Source: Basidiobolus meristosporus CBS 931.73
Lineage: Eukaryota; Fungi; Basidiobolomycota
Assembly (NCBI GenBank): GCA_002104905.1
Contig: MCFE01000724.1
Span: forward strand, 1-42,087
DNA: 42,087 nt
Reading direction: 5' to 3'
This document shows, piece after piece, positions 34,439-42,087 of this stretch (within the stretch, counting starts at the first letter, position 1; each line of letters begins with the position of its first letter). Below the pieces are notes generated by a model that was not told the DNA's origin, ran no database searches, and saw nothing but the letters and a program-made list of their open reading frames with translations. Made by a program: the position numbers and the translations under genes.

Positions 34439-35323
34439 ATGACTTACTCATCTGAATGATATTCTCTCATCAGTGCCATCACTACCACTGGATTTCTGTT
34501 TGACACACTAGAGGAGATCTATACCAGGTACTGTGGACCATATACTCCAATCTACTCAAGGAGATCCCTTATTGAGCTTCCCTGCTATTACAAGAACTAT
34601 TGCCCCACAAGGTTTCATACCACAATACATGGCAACAAAAGTCCTAGAAGCTTTTATTCCCAGCTGACAGCAATGGAGAACTACCTTGCAGAGGGTACAA
34701 ATGACTTAGAACAAGCTTGGAATACTAGGTTCAGAGGCTCCAATAGACTTCTATATCCCAGAGTGGTCAGCAACCGGTTCCATATAAGGAGTATTTTGGA
34801 TACCTTCCCAGTCAGGATTAATAGACCTTCTAGAGGGCAGAGGCACTTTTATTCTGGCAAGTACAAGGCACACTGTGGGAAGTTTCAAGCACTGTCTGAC
34901 ATTGAGGGTAACATCATCTGGTTTTGTGGGCCATTTGCTGGAGGAAGGAATGACAAAGCACTCTGGGTAGAGAATGGTCCAGAATTCAGTAGATGGGTGA
35001 AATATATGGCAAACTTAGCTTATATAGGAGAGGATTGTCAGAGATTAGGATGTATTAGTGCTTATAGGAAGCCAAGGGAAGGTGTTTCTTAGCAGGAAGC
35101 AGAAGCTCTACAAAGTGACATTTAATCATTTCAGAGTGAGGATAGAGCATACATTTGGATATCTGAGGAGATTGAGCATATTGGCAAGTAAATACAGAGG
35201 AAAGTCAAATGTAGGAGAAACAACAGAATAGTTAAAATAGTTAAGATACTTATAAATGCACAGTATATTCATACAAGAAGACATCCACAGAGAGAAATGT
35301 GTCTGGAGCATTATGATGAGTAA
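34439..35323 (+). pseudogene. Copy C transposase pseudogene
   Basis: Collinear with 11742-12626; W7->TGA, frameshift near 35087, second catalytic D->N (ANLAY). Confidence 0.92.
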
Positions 35324-35919
35324 ATAAAGCCAGAAAAGCACTACTCTGAGGAAAATAAGTAAGATTAAATAAAATACCAGTAACTATATTCTACCACTGG
35401 CATTATGGCAGAAATTATAGTACCAGATAGTGCCAGATTGATCTAGCAATATAAGCATGCCGGCACTATGTGGCACTATCCAAGGGAACAAGTATATACT
35501 CTATGATACTGATATGCTACGGATAGTAACACAAACATTGGTAAGGAGTCAAGGATACCCATGTAGGCTGTTGTCTAATGTAAGTAAATCTATTAATCAC
35601 AAACCTTAAAAATATATGTGATAACTAATGATAATTGCCCATTAGAATGAATAGTATATTTGAATAAAACTAGTATTATATGCACAGAAGAATGGGATAG
35701 TACTGATAAGATAACATATGAAAAATCACACTATAAGTGGTGTATTGATAAACCTTTATATGAAGTATATGTTTAAACTGCACACCCCACAAAGACCAGC
35801 CAGCCATGTGTATTGGCCAGTCAAATCCTCCAAAATAAATGTAGATGCAATTAAGACTGCCTCAACATCAAGCATACCTAACAGAAACAGTGTCAAAACA
35901 CTGTCAACTTTATTACTAT

Positions 35920-37174
35920 AGACTTGTTCCATTGGATAGTGCTGTATAGTGCCTGCCTGTTTATAGTGCTGGCTTGATCTGGCATGCAATGGTACTAACT
36001 AGCACTATAATTTATACCATAATGCCAGTGCTAGAATAAAGCTACTGGTAATTTTTTTTATCTTGCTTTTTTGCTCAGAATTGGGCTTTCCTTGCTTTAT
36101 TTACTATTTATAATGCTCCAGGCACATTTCTCTTGGTGGATGTCCTCTTGTATGAATACACTGTGCATTGATAAGTATATCAACTATTTACCTATTCCAC
36201 TGTTTTCTCCTATATATGATTTTGCTCTGTATTTACCTGCCAACATGCTGAATCTCTTCAGATGTCCAAATGTATGCTCTACCCTCACTCTGAAATGATT
36301 AAATATCACTTTGTAGAGCTTCTGCTTCCTGCTAAGCACACCATTCCTTGGCTTCCTATATGCTTGAATACATCCTAATCTCTGACTATCCTCTCCTATA
36401 TAAGCCAAGTTTGCCGTACATTTCACCCCTCTGCTGAATTCCGGATGATTCTCTACCCAGAGTGCTTTGTCATGCCTACTTCCAGCAAATGGCCCACAAA
36501 ACCAGATGATGTTACCCTCAATGTCAGACAGTGCTTGAAACTTCCCACAGTGTGCCTTGTACTTGCCAGAATAAAAGTGCCTCTGCCCTCTAGAAGGTAT
36601 ATTACTCCTGACTGGGAAGGTATCCAAAATACTCCTTATACCAAACCGGTTGCTGAACACTCTGGGATATAGAAGTCAATTGGAGCCTCTGAACCTAGTA
36701 TTTGAAGCTTGTTCTAAGTCATTCACACTCTCTGCAAGGTAGTCCTACATTGCTGTCAGCTGGGAATAAAAGCTTCTAGGACTTTTGTTATCACATCAGA
36801 CTCAGCCAAGGGCCATGCCAGCGCATCAAGTTGCATCTGTGTGTGCCATTACACCTGACCATCAGCAAGTTTCTTCTGGTGAATTAGCTGATAATGATTT
36901 ACATGAAGTGGCTCTACCACTAGAGACTTTGGCAAGTAAAAGAATGCATCAGTGCGTAGCACTGCAGGCCAGCTCAGTAGCATCATCTAGAGCACTTAAG
37001 CATGGTGATGCTGCAGCATTACAGTCATCAACTAGGAGGCAAAACACTGAATAAAATACACAAGTAGCCAAGAGGATAGTCAACAGTGAAGTAGTTTAGG
37101 TGTGCAAAGTGAATTGCTACCAAATGCATCAGTAGTAATCCCTGTGAGAGAAAACCTAGAAAAAGATGATGTAA
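35920..37174. mobile_element. PHIS transposon copy D, internally deleted, interrupted by G1
   Basis: Left end agacttgttccattggatagtg; transposase 3' two-thirds on - strand (36184-36660). At about 36790 it jumps from A-equivalent 12430 to about 13866 (about 1.4 kb lost), then carries the ORF2 tail to 37170. Confidence 0.9.
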
Positions 37175-37542
37175 TGTTACAAGTCTTGGTATAAGAGTTG
37201 TAGAGGAATAGGGAGTTTAGCTAGTATTGTATTCACTAAAACTTGAACTGATTTTTATTGAGGTTCCAGCAGCTCCTTATATACATTTTGCCAGATCAAT
37301 TGCTGACTAATTGTATTTCCTAATGTAGATTATGGCTGATGACTCATTTGATTGCATCATCATCACCCAATAAGAACCTACTTAATATATCTATTTCTGT
37401 CTGATAAGGATCTGCTGATTCATTTGCTGACTAATGCCACTGATTTCATAGATAATACTGATATACTGATAACCTAAACATATACTAAATGATTTGACTA
37501 AAAACTGATCTAACTTAAGCATTCAAGCGGCAGATCATAGCA
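37175..37542 (-). repeat. G1 3' LTR (368 bp)
   Basis: tgttacaag...catagca on +; homologs at 16794, 41741 and 8496. Confidence 0.94.
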
Positions 37543-37552
37543 TTCTCCCCTA

Positions 37553-40500
37553 CTAAAGTTGAGAGGGTTCTCCTGAATCTCTTTTCTTGTGATACCAATA
37601 TCTTGATGGTTCAGTATTATCAGCAAGTCTTGCAAGCTTGAGTCTGTCCCTATGCACTAAGTCTTCCCAGATATTACCTTGTTTGTCCACCAGTTGGTAA
37701 GTTGCAAATGGACATTCTCTGATGATCTTGAATGGTCCTGTCCATTGTGGCTCAAACTTCTGAGTGTTGTTTCTTAGCAATACAAAGTTCCCAACTGTCA
37801 ATGCTTCTGGAGCTATAGTCTTATCAAATCTCTGCTTCATCTTTTCTGCACTTTGATATACTTTGGTCTGTGCCTCTTGACATTGTTGTTCCAGTTGCTG
37901 GTGTCTACTTGGCTGACTGAGTTCATCTTCTCAGGTGTCTGTAAGCTTTGGTTGTGTGAGATCTCCTGGAATCCTTGGTTCACATCCATACACTAAGTAA
38001 AATGGTGATTGCTAGGTGGTGTTGTGTACTCTGACTCTGCATGCAAAGAGTGCTTGGTCTGTATACTCATCCCCTCTACTGACAACTCCATTTGCATACT
38101 TGGTCAGCATTTTTCCAAATAATCCATTAAACTGCTCAATGACTCCATTAGTTCTCGGGTGATATGCTGAGGTTTTCAGGTGTCTGATCTGCTGCATTTC
38201 CAGGTAAGCCTCTAATGTCTTTGCCATGAAGTTTGCTCCTCTATTGGATAAGATCTCCACAGGGCATCCAAACCTCATCGGGATCTCATGGTAAATGAAA
38301 CTTGCAACTTCTTGTTCACTGGCTATTGGTACAGCTTTAGCAACTGGCCATTAAGTGGCATGGTCAATTGCTACTAGGATCCAACGGTTACATTTCCTGC
38401 TGGTTGGCAGTCTTCCAATAAAGTCAATTCCCCATCTCTCAAATGGTCTTATACGCTCCAAAGGGAAGAGTTTGGCAATCCTTTGTGGCTGGCCTTGATT
38501 GATTTGGCAGTTTGGGCATGTTTTTACTAGCTTCTCAATGTCTTGTTTCATTCTGGGCCACCATGCTTTGGCTTTCACAAGACTATAGGTTCCTTCAATT
38601 CCAAGATGTCCATATCCATTATGTAGTTTATGTATTAAATCCAGGCAAGAAACATAAGGGCAATAGGCAATAGGGCTTCCATCAACAATTTGATAGAGTG
38701 TTTCATCCTGTACTACAAATTTGCTGGCTTCATCACGGATTATCTTCTTGATATCTTCATCCACCTCCTTAGGAATGACTTGGTCCTCCAAGTACTTTGG
38801 TAATAGGCTAGGCCAATCTGATTCATGCACCAAGTTGAGTTGTGCATCTTGATCTAATCTTGTTAAGGCATCAGCAACCGTGTTGTTTTTTCCAGGGCAG
38901 TAGACAATCTCCAGGTCAAATTGCTGAATGTATTCACTCCATCTTGTCATTCTTCTAGAGAGTACCTTCTGAGTAGATATATACTTGAGGGAGGCATGAT
39001 CAGTCTTCACAGTGCATTTGACTCCTTCAATATAGCATCTCCATGTCTTCAAACAGTGTGTTATAGCAAGCATTTCCTTCTCATGGACTGGATAGTTTTG
39101 TTCTGTTGAGTTCAGTTTCTTGGATTCAAAGGCAACAGGGTAGTCCTTTCCCTTGTGTTCTTGGCTCAGCACTCCACCAATTGCATAATCTGAAGCATCT
39201 GTGCACAGAGTGAACTCTTTTCTGAAGTCTGGTATTCTTAAGCTTGGCAGCTTAGCAAGTTCATTCTTTAGCATCTGGAAGGCAGTCTCACAAGCTATGT
39301 CCCACTTGTAGGTATTGTCTTTCTTGTGGATATCAGTTAAAGGGGCGGCAATACTTGCAAACAACTTGACAAATCTCTAATAATAGGAAACCATTCCAAG
39401 GAATGATCTGAGCTCTAATATGCTATGGGGCTGTTTCAGATTCTTAATACTTCCACCTTCTTGGGGTCTAAGGTTACTCCTGTGCTAGTCACTATGTGTC
39501 CCAGATATTCAACGTGTTCCTTGAAGAATTCACACTTGGGTAGCTTGCCATGAAGCTTGTTCTCTCTTAGCTTCTTCAAGACCTTTTCAATGTGCACTAC
39601 AAGATCCTCTTCTGTCTTGCTGTATATCAGTATGTCATCCAGGTAGATTATCACAAGCTTGTCTAAGTACTCCTGGAAGACAGTCTGCATCAGGGTCATG
39701 AAAGTTGCAGGAGCATTTGTGAGGCCAAAACTCATGACTAAGTACTGTATGTCCATATCTGGCCCTGAATGCTGTCTTAGGGATGTCTTCTGGCTTCACC
39801 CTAATCTGGTTGTATCCTGACATGAGGTCAATCTTGCTGAAAATAGTGGCTCCATTGAGTTGGTCCAAGAGCTCATCAATCCAAGGTATGGGGTACTTAT
39901 TCTTCACAGTAACTGAGTTGAGGGCTCTGAAGTCAATGCACATCCTAAGTGCTCCATCCTTCTTCTTCACAAAAAGTACTGGTGCTCCCCAAGGTGACTT
40001 GCTGGGTCTGATGTATCCTTGCTCCAATAGCTGATCAATTTGTCTCTTCATTTCCTCCAATTCCAATGGACTCATTCTGTAAGGTGTCTTGCTCACTAGA
40101 GGGCAATCTCCTGTGTCAATGGCATGATCCATGTCTCTGACTGGTGGTAAGCTTACAAGCTCATCTGGAAACATGTTCTGAATATTTCTTCAAGAGAGTC
40201 TGGACCTGCTGGGGTGCTGGGGTAGCGGAATCCTCCTGTAAAACTGCCATGAGGAACATCTGAGTACCTTTTCTAAGCGCTTTACAGAACTGGGTCTTGC
40301 TAAGTTCACTTGTCTCATACACACTGGAATTGACCAACTTGAAACTCAGCCTGGCAGGTAATAGCTCATAGGTCTTGTTATCTTTTTGGATCTGAGTAGC
40401 ATGGGTTCTCCAGTTGATTGATGGATTACAACAAAATAGCCAGGTTTTTCCAAGTACAAGGTCAAACTTGCAGTTCCCAAATATATAAGACTGTAGGTCT

Positions 40501-41682
40501 TCTTTGTAATCATTGATCTTCATTCTTACTGGCTGGGTAATATGGATGATTATGTGAGAGTTCCCATCAGCTGTGGAGACTGAAGTTGATTTGGTAGGTT
40601 CCAAGTTGATTCCAGCTTTCAAGACAAATTGCTCTGACATGTACTCATGCAATACTCCTGAGTCAATCATGATCTTGGCATGTACTCCATTGATTACTCC
40701 ATTCAAGTACAATAACTTCCCTGAGTTTGAGGTCACTTGGGACAAGTACTCTTCTGTCATATGGAAGGTGAGTTCCAAGTCTTCTTCAAGCTCATCTTCC
40801 ACATTACTGTGTTCATGGGACTCAATATGGTTGAAGGTTCTTGCTGGCTGGTGTCCATTTCTTCTCTGAGGGCAGTACTTTGCAATATGTCCTTGCTGGT
40901 GGCAATTGAAGCAAAGTCCTTTCTTCTTACATTCTTCTGAGGTAGGATTCTTCTGCATAGCGTCTATTTCCATTGGCACTGCTTCTGACTGTCTTTTTTC
41001 ATAGTGGTTGTAGCCTTTCTGATTAGTCACTGTTGGCTTCCCAACTCCAAACATAGCTGAGTATATAGCCAATGGCAATCTTGATGGCTTCTTCAATAGT
41101 CTGAGGTCTTTGGTAATTCACTTCCTTGCAAGTTCTTTCTTTCAACCCATCAATAAAGTATTCAACTTGATCCAAGGGGTCCATTCTTTCAATTTGTCCA
41201 AGTAGACATCTGTACTCATAGATGTATTCTTGAACCATTCCTTTCTGTCTGAGTGTCTTTAACTTCCTTCTTAGTAGTGTCTGCTGGTGTGAAGGTTCAA
41301 AAGCATCCTGAATTTCCGACACAAACTCATCCCAGCTAGAGATTGTAGAGCATCCCATCATAGTGGCTGACCTGATCTTGTTGTGGTACCACTGTAAAGC
41401 AGCATCTGCCAGGTAAGAAGCTGCATAATACAACTTGCTTTCTGGAGCAATTCCTTTAGCTTTAAAAGCTTCTTCAATCTGAAAGAGCCAAGTTCCCAGG
41501 TTTTCATTGACTCAGCCATGGTACCGGTTGACCTTCACACTTAAGCTGCTCTTGACAGGGCTTTGCTGGCTCTGAGCCATGGTAGTCATACCTTGTTGCT
41601 GTTGGCTGAGGATCTGGGGTAACTGTTGCTGTTGGGCCAGGATTTGCTGCATGGCATTCTTCCATTCTTGATTGTCTGACAT
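37553..41682 (-). pseudogene. G1 gag-pol, ancestrally one ORF of roughly 1375 codons, now broken by a few stops and frameshifts
   Basis: MSDNQEW start (41682); Retrotrans-gag WDEFVSEIQDAF; CFNCHQQGHIAKYC; PR MIDSG; [21 protein letters not shown]; RH TDASDYAIGGVL; IN HHCC (HNGYGH..CPNC), WGIDFIG, SAYHPRTNG, WTGPF. No chromodomain. Confidence 0.95.
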
Positions 41683-41728
41683 CTAGAGGGTGGTTTCTTC
41701 TTCCTTCAGGAGGAAGGTTTCTGGTTAT

Positions 41729-41739
41729 TGCTGCTACCA
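41729..41739 (-). other. G1 primer-binding site, 3' end of initiator tRNA-Met type
   Basis: TGGTAGCAGCA one base from the LTR; the same motif is in the old copy ending at 8494. Confidence 0.7.
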
Positions 41740-41740
41740 A

Positions 41741-42087
41741 TGTTACAAGTCTTGGTATAAGAGTTGTAGGGGAATAGGGAGTTTAGCTAGTATTGCATTC
41801 ACTAAAACTTGAACTGATTTTTATTGAGGTTCCAGCAGCTCCTTATATACATTTTGCCAGATCAATTGCTGACTAATTGTACTTCCTAATGCAGATTATG
41901 GCTGATGACTCATTTGATTACATCATCATCACCCAATAAGAACCTACTTAATATATCTATTTCTGTCTGATAAGGATCTGCTGATTCATTTGCTGACTAA
42001 TGCCAATGACTTCATAGATAATACTGATATACTGATAAACTAAACATATACTAAATGATTTGACTAAAAACTGATCTAACTTAAACA
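41741..42087 (-). repeat. G1 5' LTR, truncated by window end (about 21 bp missing)
   Basis: Near-identical to 37175-37521. Confidence 0.94.

Larger units (their letters stand above)
30515..35495. mobile_element. PHIS transposon copy C, inverted relative to A, decayed, with three nested inserts
   Basis: Right-type end agacttgttccattgtactgtgcc at 30515; left-type end ...gggaacaagtat at 35495; collinear with the reverse complement of A. Flanks ATT / ATA. Confidence 0.9.
37175..42087 (-). mobile_element. Gypsy G1 near full-length element (about 4.93 kb; 5' LTR runs off the window)
   Basis: 3' LTR 37175-37542, PPT taggggagaa (37543-37552), gag-pol, PBS, 5' LTR 41741 onward. 9 differences over the 347 bp of LTR comparable. 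Confidence 0.95.

Noticed and set aside
30504-35506. Copy C inserted at the centre of a small palindrome (catagag...ctctatg)
   Set aside because: A single 7-bp case not seen at the other family insertion sites; may be chance.
28440-35919. Host genes in unassigned spacers 28440-29086, 29824-30514 and 35496-35919 (also 8770-9500)
   Set aside because: No long ORF, splice pattern or motif recognised; probably older TE debris. Left unannotated.
12087-36672. ORFs 12087-12359 and 36445-36672 (MILYPECFVMPT...)
   Set aside because: Antisense shadows of the transposase gene.
37553-37700. Chromodomain at the end of G1 (or G2) integrase
   Set aside because: Both end shortly after the GPY/F motif with no chromodomain-length extension before the PPT.
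40161-41096. Programmed ribosomal frameshifts in G1 between gag, PR and RT
   Set aside because: Sister copies read through the same points in frame (IVIDYDSAFFRVGK near 27950; LLQEYLDRFPEE near 19400), so these are lesions.
1-42087. Classical RIP (CpA->TpA) as the cause of decay
   Set aside because: CpA/TpG is abundant and CpG is what is missing; copy comparisons show CG->TG/CA/TA. Non-CpG transitions occur, but I could not show a CpA bias without computing indices.

Overview
Eukaryotic, transposon-saturated DNA; I found no host gene, rRNA, tRNA or CRISPR array. A fungal host is my best inference, because the retroelement primer-binding sites match a fungal-type initiator tRNA-Met (GGGCTCAT anticodon arm, AGCAGC acceptor stem). 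The window is a stack of nested elements: (1) a head-to-tail array of Ty1/copia units sharing 348-349 bp LTRs (1-8170), plus a solo LTR of that family at 23954; (2) four copies of Ty3/gypsy family G1 (368 bp LTR), one nearly full length (37175 to window end); (3) a second gypsy family G2 (about 1070 bp LTR, tRNA-Lys PBS, 4-bp TSD), as one near-complete copy and two solo LTRs, plus two other LTR-like inserts; (4) an L1/Tx1-like LINE relic; (5) six members of a PHIS-superfamily (PIF/Harbinger-ISL2EU-Spy-Pangu group) DNA transposon family with AGACTTG...CAAGTCT ends and 3-bp TSDs; (6) a CCCTA...TAGGG MITE family; (7) a Tc1/pogo-like end next to an unassigned Cys/His-rich coding remnant. Almost everything is CpG-depleted, and sister copies show CG->TG/CA/TA decay. 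The exception is PHIS copy A (11559-14998). Its intact 294-aa DDE transposase gene has no CpG at all (all 28 Arg are AGA/AGG), while its divergently transcribed partner gene and right arm are CpG-rich. Other top leads are a 734-bp foldback derivative of that family, an apparent NCGN target preference of G2, and the HNH-like remnant. All coordinates, counts and identities were read by eye; no database search was run.
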